Assembly (NCBI GenBank): GCA_963666985.2
Contig: CAXXIA010000002.1
Coordinates: 1,568,001 to 1,632,000 of the forward strand
Length of the DNA stretch: 64,000 nucleotides
Reading direction: 5' to 3'
From: Spirochaetia bacterium
GTDB lineage: Bacteria > Spirochaetota > Spirochaetia > DSM-2461
The position numbers and the translations under genes were made by a program. This document shows positions 48,100 through 58,114 of this stretch, in pieces (position 1 is the stretch's first letter; each line of letters begins with the position of its first letter). The notes beneath the pieces were generated by a model, which searched no databases, was not told the DNA's origin, and saw only the letters and a program-made list of their open reading frames with translations.

Positions 48100-49589
48100 G
48101 CGAATTCAAATCGCCCGAAGCCCTCGCGGCCGAAGCCGACGCCCTCTGGAATCAATACGCCGGCAAAGAACTGACCGCGAAAGAACGCCGAGAAATCCCC
48201 AAGCAGGACATGCCCTCGCAGGATCCCCTTACCCGCCGCTCCAATATGAACGAAGTGGCCCTCGGCTACACAGAATCTCAGGTTAAAGTCGAAGCCCTGC
48301 GCTGCCTGCAGTGCAAAAACGCGCCCTGCATCGCCGGATGCCCGGTTTCCATCGACATCCCCCGCTTCATTGAGCACGCCGCCAAAGGCGAATTCGCCGA
48401 ATCCATCGCCGTTATTAAAGAAGCCAGCCTTCTTCCGGCCGTCTGCGGCCGCGTCTGTCCCCAGGAAAAGCAATGCAAGCTTACCTGCACCGTGGGTAAA
48501 ATCTTCAAAGACACCGACAAAGCCGTCTCCATCGGCCGAATCGAACGCTTCGTTTCGGATTGGGAAGTCGAGCACGGCAAGGTCGCACCCATTCCCGTAG
48601 CCGCCCCGACGGGCAAAAAGGTGGCCGTCATCGGATCGGGTCCCTCCGGCCTCACCGCCGCCGCCGATATCCGCCGGGAAGGTCATGAGGTAACCGTCTT
48701 CGAGGCCTTCCACAAACCCGGCGGCGTCACCGTTTACGGCATTCCCGAATTCCGTCTTCCCAAAGCCATCGTTGAGCGGGACGTGGAAAACCTCGTTTCC
48801 ATGGGCGTCCGCTTTGAAACCAATTTCCTGGTCGGCCGCACCCGAAAAATCGACGACATGCTCTCCGAAGACGGCTGGGATGCGCTCTACATCGCCACGG
48901 GTGCCGGACTTCCGAAATTCATGAACATTCCGGGTGAAAACCTTGTCGGTGTATTCTCCGCCAACGAATACCTTACCCGGTCCAACCTGATGAAAGCCTA
49001 TGCGACGGGAAAAGCCTCCACCCCGATGTACAGCGCGAAAAAGGTCTGTGTTTTCGGCGGCGGGAATGTCACCATGGACGCGGCCAGAACCGCGGTTCGC
49101 CTCGGCGCGGAAGAAGTCCATATCGTCTACAGGAGAACCGAAAAGGAACTTCCCGCCCGGGCGGAAGAAGTTCATCATGCCCGGGAAGAAGGCGTAATCT
49201 TCGACATGCTTTCGGCTCCCATCGAAATCAAAGGAGACGAAAACGGCCGCGTCGTCGGCATCGTCTGCCAGCGCTATACACAGGGAGAGCCCGATGAATC
49301 CGGCCGACTCCGTCCCGTGCCCATCGAAGGCGATACCTATGAAATCGAATGCGACGCCTGTATCCCGGCCATCGGCAATGCTTCGAATCCGCTCATTTCC
49401 CAAACAACACCGGATCTGAACGTGAATAAGTGGGGAAATATCATCGTCGAGGAATCCACAGGGAAAACATCCATGGACAAGGTTTACGCGGGCGGCGACA
49501 TCGTCCTGGGCGCCGCGACTGTTATCCTGGCCATGGGCGAAGGACGAAGGGCGGCGAAAGCCATCAACGAAATGCTGGCCGGTGATTAG
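48096..49589 (+). CDS. nfnB: Electron-bifurcating transhydrogenase large subunit NfnB (SudA/GltD-like)
   Basis: RCLQC..PC..GCP, CGRVCPQE, GSGPSG, YGIPEFRLP, GGGN, AGGD; ATGA-coupled to nfnA, no gltB nearby. Confidence 0.88.
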   Translation: MSEFKSPEALAAEADALWNQYAGKELTAKERREIPKQDMPSQDPLTRRSNMNEVALGYTESQVKVEALRCLQCKNAPCIAGCPVSIDIPRFIEHAAKGEFAESIAVIKEASLLPAVCGRVCPQEKQCKLTCTVGKIFKDTDKAVSIGRIERFVSDWEVEHGKVAPIPVAAPTGKKVAVIGSGPSGLTAAADIRREGHEVTVFEAFHKPGGVTVYGIPEFRLPKAIVERDVENLVSMGVRFETNFLVGRTRKIDDMLSEDGWDALYIATGAGLPKFMNIPGENLVGVFSANEYLTRSNLMKAYATGKASTPMYSAKKVCVFGGGNVTMDAARTAVRLGAEEVHIVYRRTEKELPARAEEVHHAREEGVIFDMLSAPIEIKGDENGRVVGIVCQRYTQGEPDESGRLRPVPIEGDTYEIECDACIPAIGNASNPLISQTTPDLNVNKWGNIIVEESTGKTSMDKVYAGGDIVLGAATVILAMGEGRRAAKAINEMLAGD

Positions 49590-49911
49590 CTCGGTATTTT
49601 CAGCGGCTTTGCTTCCTTAGCCTTCCGCCGATTTCATTCATGAGGATTCCGAGTGAATCATTCCATGCGGCAGGGTTCGCCGTCACGATACACCGATGAC
49701 AGGCGGACCTTGCCCATGGCGTTCTTGAGTTCACATCCCCCTGCGCGGAAGGATTTTTATTTTCAGAATGACTTCGATCCGCCGGCGCCATCCAAAAAGA
49801 CCGCTTCTTATAGCGGTTATTTATAGCGTGCTCGTTCCTTGTGTGACTGTTTCCAATGAAGAAGTTTTTCTTAATTTGAAATAAAAAGTTCCCGCTATTC
49901 TGAGCGGCGTT

Positions 49912-50877
49912 TTATTTTAAGTGTTGGATGGAGATTTCATTAATTCGGTTTTGTATTCGATTATGCAATCGAGAAAAATGAATTTTTCTTGTTATAAACT
50001 CAAGAAAAGGAAGCAAATAACCATAACGTTTTACTTTAAACAGCCATACGTTGACTTTATTCTGAACCATAAGCTTAAGCCGCATCGGCGGTGTTATATG
50101 AAGCGTGGATAATCCGCTTAATTCATATCCATGTTTATTTAGAATTGTATCTATTTTCGACTCAATGAGCCGAATTTCAGATTCCGACAGCCTGTCTTTC
50201 CATTGATAAGAATATGCGGGATCCGGTGAAGAATAACTGGTATTTTCAGGGTACGTCAGCATCCTATCGTCATACGGAACACCAATGAAGTCACAAATTT
50301 GTGTTAGCTTCAATTCTGGGTTTTCCACCAAATCTTCATATTTAAGCTCCATCCAAAAATCCGGAGGAAGCGTTTTTTTAAAAGAATCCCATTCACGTTC
50401 AGATTCTATCCAGTGTTCTACTCCATAATAGACATTACCGGCCCAACCCATGGGAATAAAGGAGTTCGCCACATCCCGACCGTCTCGCGTTAATCGAATA
50501 TAACGAGCATCGGGCCAAATAAAAGGAATTCGGCTGAAATTGTTATGAACCGTAGAACCAATAAAGGGTGTATTTTTTTTCTTTTGCTTTTGCGAGAGAA
50601 AACTGCGGCATAATTCTTTAAAAGTTAAGGACTCGTCAATATTAAGCCCCTCCATATTAAATGCAAGGTCTTGTTGCAAAAAAGAATAATATTGCTGAAG
50701 AGATGGAAAATCACCCCGATCAGAAATCATCGGCGTGACATATTCAAACTCTCCGGAAAAGGAAATTTCCGGATGATGGTCAATCATGAGACGCAGCATG
50801 GTTGTACCTGAACGCAAAGCACCTATAAGGAAAAAAATTTTTCTATCATCCGCAATCAATGTATTTTTATCGGCCAT
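49912..50877 (-). CDS. Sulfotransferase family protein
   Basis: 5'-PSB GALRSGTTML, 3'-PB RDGRDVANS, KYEDLV..P; AT-rich. Confidence 0.88.
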   Translation of the reverse strand: MADKNTLIADDRKIFFLIGALRSGTTMLRLMIDHHPEISFSGEFEYVTPMISDRGDFPSLQQYYSFLQQDLAFNMEGLNIDESLTFKELCRSFLSQKQKKKNTPFIGSTVHNNFSRIPFIWPDARYIRLTRDGRDVANSFIPMGWAGNVYYGVEHWIESEREWDSFKKTLPPDFWMELKYEDLVENPELKLTQICDFIGVPYDDRMLTYPENTSYSSPDPAYSYQWKDRLSESEIRLIESKIDTILNKHGYELSGLSTLHITPPMRLKLMVQNKVNVWLFKVKRYGYLLPFLEFITRKIHFSRLHNRIQNRINEISIQHLK

Positions 50878-51391
50878 GGCTGGTAAGTTTTTTCAACATG
50901 TCTGTTAATTGGAATAAATCATACTACTCTAAATATTTTTTTGAATCAAATTTTTTTTGAAGGATCGGCCATGGTCAATTCTTAACACAAATACATATAT
51001 GATTATGGCTCTTTCCATCGCGCTGAATAAATCAGATGAATTATTCAAACCGCTTTCTAAAAAATGTTGATTTTAAGGCTCCAAAAAACAGCAGCAAGAA
51101 TATTAATTATTTTCTAATATAGAAAATAGAAATAAGACTGTTGCTCCATACGGCCGAAATCGCCGGAATAAGGGGAAGCATCCGGATTGAATTAACCGAT
51201 GGCCGCTGATTGTACCCCATAGCCACCTTGAGTTCATAAAATCCTGCCGGCCTTTATACCGCCGTACTCTTCACTCCACGGCTTTCGGCCGGAATTTCAT
51301 CCCATGCGAGTAGAAACCAGTTCTTGAACAAAAAAGCCGTTTCATCGCACCATACAAAGACTCAAATAGAATAATTACTAAGGAATATATC

Positions 51392-52114
51392 ATGAGTTGG
51401 AAACTGTTTCTCACGGCGTGCTTGAGTTTCTGTCTCTTCATTATCAGCGGAGTCGGCTGTCAGGGTGTCAATGACAATTATACCTACAGCGTCGAACTGG
51501 ACTTCACCGGGCCTGATTACACCATGGGAACTGATACTCATCAATATGCCTATGTTGCCTGGATTGAAGACTCCGACGGCACGAACCTTCAGAATCTGTA
51601 TCTTTGCGAAAGAGTCATCGGCGCCAATGGAACAAAAACTCTTCATGGAACCGCTCTGCCCTACTGGCACACAACGAAATACGATGAAGAGAATCCGGAT
51701 GATTATCCAACGGTCGACGGCGTCACCGGCGCGTCAACCCAAGTCTCGAAAACGGTTACCCGAAACCTGAAAATCGACGAAACAACCGAATTCAGAGTCT
51801 GCTTCGAAATAGACCGATCGAAAAATGAGAACGACTCCTTTACGGACAGACCGGCGTTCATCTACAAATCCGGCCTTATCACTTTAAGCGGCCTCGAAGA
51901 CTCCTATCCTCTGACTCTGGTAGCCTACATGCCGAACGATACCCTTGATGATTATTATGATGATGAATATACCCAGCTTCCAAAAGACGACGTAACCATT
52001 CCGGGCTTCGAAGCTTATGCGTATCTGACGAGCCTTTCGTATATCTGGGACTCAGGCGAAGAGTATTCCGACGATTTGGTAACGGGTCTGACGGCCAGAA
52101 TCATAGAGAATTAA
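51392..52114 (+). CDS. DUF2271-like lipoprotein with flavinylation-type motif
   Basis: Lipobox-like GVGC; VAWIED..G, LPYW, VDGVTGAST. Confidence 0.6.
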   Translation: MSWKLFLTACLSFCLFIISGVGCQGVNDNYTYSVELDFTGPDYTMGTDTHQYAYVAWIEDSDGTNLQNLYLCERVIGANGTKTLHGTALPYWHTTKYDEENPDDYPTVDGVTGASTQVSKTVTRNLKIDETTEFRVCFEIDRSKNENDSFTDRPAFIYKSGLITLSGLEDSYPLTLVAYMPNDTLDDYYDDEYTQLPKDDVTIPGFEAYAYLTSLSYIWDSGEEYSDDLVTGLTARIIEN

Positions 52115-52152
52115 CGGTCTCCGCTCTTTTCCGTTCCGCCACGGGCGTTTTT

Positions 52153-52674
52153 TTAACCGTCCGATTCGTTCTCTTTCTCGGCGGCCGCGCCGGTTTGTTC
52201 TTCATCCTCGCCTGCGCCGGCTGCAGCGGCCTCTTCGGAGGCGTCGGTAACGCCGGCGGATTCCAATTCCTCATCCGTGTTTTCAGCCGCCTTCTCGGCC
52301 GTCAGTCTGTCATGGCAGGCGGGACAGGCATTATCGTCCATGAAATAAATCGTCCGGAATTCGAGCGATTTGCCGCATTCAACGCATTTCAGACTGTAGG
52401 GAAACACCTTGTCCCGAAACGCGACAAGAGCGGTGATCACCACAATAACGGCAATCCAGAGATAGAGATCTTTCAGATCCCTTTCCGCGATAAATGCCGC
52501 CGCCGAAGTTACGACGAAAACGGCGATTGCCTGAATCAAAGACGCCATACGTTTTTTGAGGGCGGCCTGTCCGTAGCGGCGAAACATTAAATTGGGCACA
52601 AGCATTACAACCAATGGCCAAATGCCGCCTTGAGCTATCCACGATGAGATTTGATTTCCGTTAATCAGGTCCAT
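52153..52674 (-). CDS. Hypothetical membrane protein with CxxC..CxxC and acidic tail
   Basis: 3 TM segments, CVEC..CPAC. Confidence 0.6.
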   Translation of the reverse strand: MDLINGNQISSWIAQGGIWPLVVMLVPNLMFRRYGQAALKKRMASLIQAIAVFVVTSAAAFIAERDLKDLYLWIAVIVVITALVAFRDKVFPYSLKCVECGKSLEFRTIYFMDDNACPACHDRLTAEKAAENTDEELESAGVTDASEEAAAAGAGEDEEQTGAAAEKENESDG

Positions 52675-52770
52675 AGGGGCCTTATGATAATCTCTCGGAG
52701 TCTCCGGGTCGAGGCTTTTCGTCCGGCATTACAGCTCCGCTGAACACCGCCGCGCCGCACCGGCACCACA

Positions 52771-53640
52771 TCATCCCTTCACGGCCCCGGCGGCAATCCC
52801 CTTGATGTAATACTTCTGCATGGATAAAAAGAGAATCACCACAGGCGTCGCCGTTAAAACCAAGGACGCCGTCTGCCCGCCGTAGTCCGTGGAGAAGGTC
52901 CCGGTAAAGTTGGAAAACTGGAAAAGTACAAGGGTCCCCTTCTTCAGAATAATGAAGGGCAGAAGGAAATCGTTCCAAACCCAAATCAAATCCAAAATCC
53001 CCACCGTAACGGTAATGGACGTCAGCAGGGGAAACACAACCTGGAAAAACGTTCGGAACGGACCCGCGCCGTCGATGGACGCCGACTCTTCGAGCGTGGC
53101 GGGAACACCTTTAATAAATCCATGATAGAAGAATACGCCCGTGGGCGCGCCCAGGCCGAGGTACATCAGAACGAGCCCGAACAGACTCATGGAACTCATG
53201 TCCGTAGCCAAAACCACCAGGGGCACCATAATCACCTGGAACGGAATAACAAGAAAGAAAGCGAAAAAGAAAAACAGAAATCCCGAAAGAGCGCCCACAT
53301 TGCGAACCAGGGCCCAGGCCGCCATGGAACTGATCAGGATGATTCCCGTTACGCTGATCGCCGCGACAACGAAGGTATTCAGCAGGGCCCGAAAAAACGT
53401 AATGCCGTCTCCCGAAACGGTCAGAACCCGATGGAAGTTCTCCAATGTCACCTTCGACGGAAAGCCTATGGGATTGGTGGTAATCTCGCTGCCGATCTTG
53501 AACGCGTTAATGAACACAAAGACCACGGGGTAAATAAACACAAGCGCGGCGATAATCATGAAGATTTCCAAAACGAGAAGAATCGTTTTACGGCGGCGAA
53601 GTCCGCCGCGGTTATTCCGCTTTTGAAGGTTCTTCATCAC
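52771..53640 (-). CDS. Carbohydrate ABC permease (MalG/MsmG type)
   Basis: IPFQVIMVPL, LEESASIDGA, WNDFLLP, GAVKG. Confidence 0.92.
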   Translation of the reverse strand: MMKNLQKRNNRGGLRRRKTILLVLEIFMIIAALVFIYPVVFVFINAFKIGSEITTNPIGFPSKVTLENFHRVLTVSGDGITFFRALLNTFVVAAISVTGIILISSMAAWALVRNVGALSGFLFFFFAFFLVIPFQVIMVPLVVLATDMSSMSLFGLVLMYLGLGAPTGVFFYHGFIKGVPATLEESASIDGAGPFRTFFQVVFPLLTSITVTVGILDLIWVWNDFLLPFIILKKGTLVLFQFSNFTGTFSTDYGGQTASLVLTATPVVILFLSMQKYYIKGIAAGAVKG

Positions 53641-55181
53641 AGTTCCACCTCCTTGTTCTTCGTGGCGCGAAGCTGGAGTCCCGTAACGAGTCCTATGGCC
53701 AGCATGAGCAGAATGGCCTTGGCGTTCGCCATGCCGGCCTGCCGGTCGACGAATGCGTTTCGGTAAATATTGATGGTCAGATTCTCCACGCCCATATTCC
53801 TCGTTGTGGACGGATAGAGGGCGAAAATAATATCGAAGGTTTTCAGAGATCCGGAAATGCTTAAAAAGAGCGCGATGGTGAAAGCCGGAACCAGCATGGG
53901 CAGAATGATTTTCGAAAATCTTCGGAAACCGCCGGCGCCGTCTATGGCGGCCGATTCAAGAATGTCCTGAGGAACATTCTGAAGTCCGGCCAGATAAATA
54001 ATCATGTAATACCCCATTCCCTGCCAGGTAGCCACCACGACGGTGAGAACGGGAGCCACATCGGGGTTGGAAAGCCAGCGGTCCATCCCCGTGAGAATCG
54101 GAAAAACATGACTGAACACCAATTGCCAGATGAAGGCGACGACAATCATGGACAAAACGTTGGGGATAAAAAAAACGGAACGAAGAATATTTTTCGTCTT
54201 TATCTTCTGATCCAGAGCCAGAGCGATGAGAAGAGCCGAAAGATTCACCAGAAGAACGTTGAAAAAGGAAAAGAAGACCGTAAAGAGCAGAACACCCATC
54301 CGGCGGCTCTCAACGAACCAATTCTCATTCAGGACACGCTTCAGTCTGGCCGCATCAAATAACTCCCGGGCTCCGCGCTCAAGGGCCTCCATGGATTCGC
54401 TGCCGATGGTACCCTCCCGTACGGCAGGAATGGTGCTTCGGGCAATGGCCGCAATATCAGGAGAGTCACCTTCCAATCCGGCTTCTTCTACCGCATCCAG
54501 GAAGGGTTCCCAAAAATCCCCCACATCCTCAAGCTCAATAAGTTCGCCGGCGATGGCGAATTTCTGTCCCTTCCGAGGAAAACGGCCGGAATCAAGGAGA
54601 TAGAAATCCCCGTCTTTTTTGTAGAGACTCTCTATAAAGGCTTTATCTTCGGAATCCCGAATTCGAACCAGAAAATAGTCCTCGAATTCCTCAATCGGTA
54701 TCGCCGCGGCCTTACTCAAAGGATCCCCCGTTTTAAAACGGTTCACCCGGACTTTCCGCGGCCAGAACGCCGGATCCGATTCGCTGGAGAAAACGGAACG
54801 GTAATTGGTCAATCCGACAAAATGGAAATTATCATTAACGTAACCGGCCGATGAGAAGGCCGCCATGGCCCGATATTTTCGCAAGCCCCGGAGATTCCGC
54901 CCCCCGGTCTCCTGCTTACGGTACGTTCCCTGCCCGTCGTCACGAAGATAAAACCCGAGCAGAAACTCCCGCTGAGAACTCGTCAGATCGGGAAGAATCT
55001 CGTTCTCAAAAACATCGATGGGAATTTGTACCGGAACCCAGGGACTTACACCGTCCCAATTGGTCGTGGAAAGCCAAGTTCCCATGAATAGAGGAATAAT
55101 GGCAAAAATAATATAAAGAGCGAGCGCCGGAGTAACGAAAACTGCGAACGTCGTCCATTTCTTCGTTTTATTTATTACCAT
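53637..55181 (-). CDS. Carbohydrate ABC permease (MalF/MsmF type) with large periplasmic insertions
   Basis: NWDG, FVGL.NY, FFIP, IYLAGLQ, ESAAIDGA. Confidence 0.9.
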   Translation of the reverse strand: MVINKTKKWTTFAVFVTPALALYIIFAIIPLFMGTWLSTTNWDGVSPWVPVQIPIDVFENEILPDLTSSQREFLLGFYLRDDGQGTYRKQETGGRNLRGLRKYRAMAAFSSAGYVNDNFHFVGLTNYRSVFSSESDPAFWPRKVRVNRFKTGDPLSKAAAIPIEEFEDYFLVRIRDSEDKAFIESLYKKDGDFYLLDSGRFPRKGQKFAIAGELIELEDVGDFWEPFLDAVEEAGLEGDSPDIAAIARSTIPAVREGTIGSESMEALERGARELFDAARLKRVLNENWFVESRRMGVLLFTVFFSFFNVLLVNLSALLIALALDQKIKTKNILRSVFFIPNVLSMIVVAFIWQLVFSHVFPILTGMDRWLSNPDVAPVLTVVVATWQGMGYYMIIYLAGLQNVPQDILESAAIDGAGGFRRFSKIILPMLVPAFTIALFLSISGSLKTFDIIFALYPSTTRNMGVENLTINIYRNAFVDRQAGMANAKAILLMLAIGLVTGLQLRATKNKEVEL

Positions 55182-55240
55182 ACGGCCTTCCTCATTCTCA
55201 ATTTCGGTTTTATTTTAGTTCTTAACAGGCTTCATTTGTT

Positions 55241-55278
55241 AAAAAGAAAGGCGAACGCCGATTCGGTGTTCGCCTTTT
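55241..55278 (-). terminator. Stem-loop/terminator between SBP and permease genes
   Basis: AAAGGCGAACGCCGA-T-TCGGTGTTCGCCTTT with flanking A tract. Confidence 0.7.
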
Positions 55279-55337
55279 CAATCCTTTAAATCGTGTTGAA
55301 GGCGCCGGCGGTAAGGACGCCGACTGTCTCCGGACGA

Positions 55338-56621
55338 TTACGGTACATAGTTTTTAACCCAGGATTCATTAATGCCGGCAACGACTTCCTCGGCGCTGGC
55401 GGTACCGAGAACATAGCTGTGAGCACCGTTCTTCGTTGCCTGTTCCCAAGTAGGCGTGGGACAAAGCTGAAATTCCCAAGGGTAGGCACCGGTTGCCGAA
55501 CTGGTCATCAAATCCTGGAAGGGCTTCTGCATACCGCTGAGGTCGGCGCCTTTAAAGGTGGACGTCAGCTTAATATCCTCGGTCCATATCTTTACGGCTT
55601 CAGGAGCATTCAGCCAATTGACAAACAGAAGAGCCCCTTCCTGCTCTTCGGGAGAGGACTGAGCGGATAAGGTGAAGGTGGAATCCACGTCGGCGAAAAA
55701 TTTATTCTCAGCGGCCTTGTTGGACCATGGGAAAGGAATAAAGCCGCAGTTCAAGGCGGGGTTTGTGCCGATGGCGGCGCCGTAAGACCAGAGTCCCTGG
55801 ACCATCATGGCGGCTTTTTCCTGCGCGAACGCGGCTTGCTGTTCGTCCCAGTTCATTTCGAACGCCGATTCGTCCATGTTCGCGACATACCAGTCGATAA
55901 TTCGGAACATTTTCTGCGTATCCACCACGGCACCCCAGTCGGCATCGCCGGTATTCATCTTGGCCGCGAACTCGGCAACGCCGCCGCCGCCGACTTTGGC
56001 CCCCAGCATGGAACCATGCAGCATCGAAAGAAAATGTCCGATGGACCAGTTTTCTTTAAGCAAACCGGCAAAGGGAGTAACACCGTTCTCTTTCAACGTT
56101 GCGGCAGCCTGCTGAAGTTCCAGATATGTGGTGGGAGGCTTAAGGCCGTATTTGTTGAAAATATCAATATTATAAATAATACCGATTCCCGCGAAATCCA
56201 TGGGAACCGCGTACTTCTTGCCGTTGTAGGTAACCGCCGGAAGAGCCGCGTCAATCACCTGACTCATAATCGGCTGACCGCTTAAATCCAGGATGTACCC
56301 GTTTTTAGCGTTTTCGATGATTGCCGACCAGCCGGGCTGCTGCATAATGTCCGGTAAGGTTCCGGCGGCGGCCGCGGCGGCATTCGTCGCCCCTCCGTCG
56401 TTGGGATGAATTTCCGTTACTATGGTAACATTGGGATATTTGGCGCTGAAGGCATCCAGCAGAATCGGAAGGCTGTCGGTAATTTCCTGCTTATAGTAGC
56501 TCATACTGAGCTCAATCGGGGGTTTTTCTTCCGCGCCGACAGCCTTCTCTTTCTTCGAACAGCCGGTGAAAGCCAGAGCAATCACCAAAACGACAATGAA
56601 AACGAGCGATAGTTTTTTCAT
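55338..56621 (-). CDS. Carbohydrate ABC substrate-binding lipoprotein
   Basis: Lipobox FTGC; PDI, YAVP, YN, PTT, AAMMVQGLW; AGGAG RBS. Confidence 0.9.
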   Translation of the reverse strand: MKKLSLVFIVVLVIALAFTGCSKKEKAVGAEEKPPIELSMSYYKQEITDSLPILLDAFSAKYPNVTIVTEIHPNDGGATNAAAAAAGTLPDIMQQPGWSAIIENAKNGYILDLSGQPIMSQVIDAALPAVTYNGKKYAVPMDFAGIGIIYNIDIFNKYGLKPPTTYLELQQAAATLKENGVTPFAGLLKENWSIGHFLSMLHGSMLGAKVGGGGVAEFAAKMNTGDADWGAVVDTQKMFRIIDWYVANMDESAFEMNWDEQQAAFAQEKAAMMVQGLWSYGAAIGTNPALNCGFIPFPWSNKAAENKFFADVDSTFTLSAQSSPEEQEGALLFVNWLNAPEAVKIWTEDIKLTSTFKGADLSGMQKPFQDLMTSSATGAYPWEFQLCPTPTWEQATKNGAHSYVLGTASAEEVVAGINESWVKNYVP

Positions 56622-56736
56622 GATTTTCTCCTTTCTGTTTTAAGAGTCTTTTAGTTCGGAATAATCCCGAACTCCCCTTTAAATTGTAGTTGATCGGCAT
56701 AACCGCCGACTCAAAATCAAACGCACATCACATTAC

Positions 56737-56752
56737 GTGCAAGCCCTTGCAC
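56737..56752. promoter_or_regulatory. Candidate LacI-family operator
   Basis: GTGCAAG-CC-CTTGCAC palindrome between SBP gene and divergent LacI gene. Confidence 0.6.
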
Positions 56753-57000
56753 AAACATTTTCCCCTCACGCGCAGGCGCTGTCAAGAAAAACTACGGTTA
56801 AGAATCAATTTTCAACGTAATCCGATGCTGATTTCCCCTGAAATCCTCTTAATTCGGTCCATCATAAGTCAGGATTGCTGACGATTTACCCCGGATCGAC
56901 TCAAATTCGATATAAATATGGACATCCACACGAAAAACACTCATTCCTTTTGCATAAATTGTTTGGCAAATCAATGCAAATCTGACATTATTCATCTGAA

Positions 57001-58017
57001 ATGCGCGTTACCATCAATGAAGTTGCACAAAAAGCCGATGTCTCAACCTCCACCGTCTCCAGGGTTATCCACGACAATCCGAGAATCAGCGACGAAACAA
57101 AATCCAGGGTTCGAGCCGCTATGAAGGAACTGGGATACTACCCCAATGCCCTGGCCAGAGGATTGGCGAATTCGACAACCAGAAATTTAGGACTGATTCT
57201 TCCCAACTCCAGTGAAGATCTCTTCCTGAATCCATTCTTCATTGAAGCCATACGGGGAATCGGCGTTGAGTCGCAGGGTCGGGGATACAACATAATGTTC
57301 TCCTTTTCAAACAATGAAGAGGAAGAAGTCGGATTCATCCGCAACTATATAAAAAGCCGATGGGTCGACGGCATTATCCTTCTGACGATTCGGGAAAACG
57401 ACCGATGCGTCGCGTATCTTCAAGAAAAGAACTTTCCCTTCGTGGTCATCGGCCGCCCGGACAAAGCCGATGACGCACTTTGGGTGAACAACGATAATTT
57501 CCACGCCGTCTATGAAGTCGTGAACTTGCTGGCTGATCGCGGATACCGCTCCATGGCCTTTATCGGCGGTCCCGAATCCTTCAGCGTAACTCGCGATCGC
57601 CTGGACGGCTTCAAGAAAGCCCTTTCCGTCCGCGGAATCCCTGTGAATCAAAACCTAATCGGTCTGGGTTCGAATTTTTCCGAAGAAGAAGGCCGTCGAA
57701 ACATGAAAGCAATCCTATCGTCAGGCAGCCGGCCCGACGCCGTGGTTACCACCGACGACCACATCGCGTTCGGCGTCCTGGCGGCCTTGGCAGACGAAGG
57801 AATTCAGGATGTTGCGGTTACCGGATTCAACAACACCATGCGCGGACGCTACCAGTCCCCCACCCTGACCTCCGTGGACGTCAATCCCGCGGAGCTGGGC
57901 CGAAACGCCGCATCCCTGCTCATCGAAGCCGTAACGGGCACGATCGGCGCAGGCTCCCGTCACCGAATCGTGGAAACAAAGCTCATCGAACGGGAATCGA
58001 CCGAATGCCGTTCTTGA
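57001..58017 (+). CDS. LacI family transcriptional regulator (MalR-like)
   Basis: TINEVAQKADVSTSTVSRV, LGYYPNALARGL, DGII, GFNN, PTLTSV. Confidence 0.93.
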   Translation: MRVTINEVAQKADVSTSTVSRVIHDNPRISDETKSRVRAAMKELGYYPNALARGLANSTTRNLGLILPNSSEDLFLNPFFIEAIRGIGVESQGRGYNIMFSFSNNEEEEVGFIRNYIKSRWVDGIILLTIRENDRCVAYLQEKNFPFVVIGRPDKADDALWVNNDNFHAVYEVVNLLADRGYRSMAFIGGPESFSVTRDRLDGFKKALSVRGIPVNQNLIGLGSNFSEEEGRRNMKAILSSGSRPDAVVTTDDHIAFGVLAALADEGIQDVAVTGFNNTMRGRYQSPTLTSVDVNPAELGRNAASLLIEAVTGTIGAGSRHRIVETKLIERESTECRS

Positions 58018-58114
58018 ATGAAAAAAGCTGCGCACCCCCCGAACCTTACTTTGTCCGCATTATTTCAATCCGTCCGCTCCTGAGTATCCGGCGTCAAATT
58101 GATATAATAACTGT

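Noticed and set aside
48096..49589. Glutamate synthase small subunit (gltD/gltA)
   Set aside because: Coupled to an NfnA-type gene with no gltB, which fits NfnAB better
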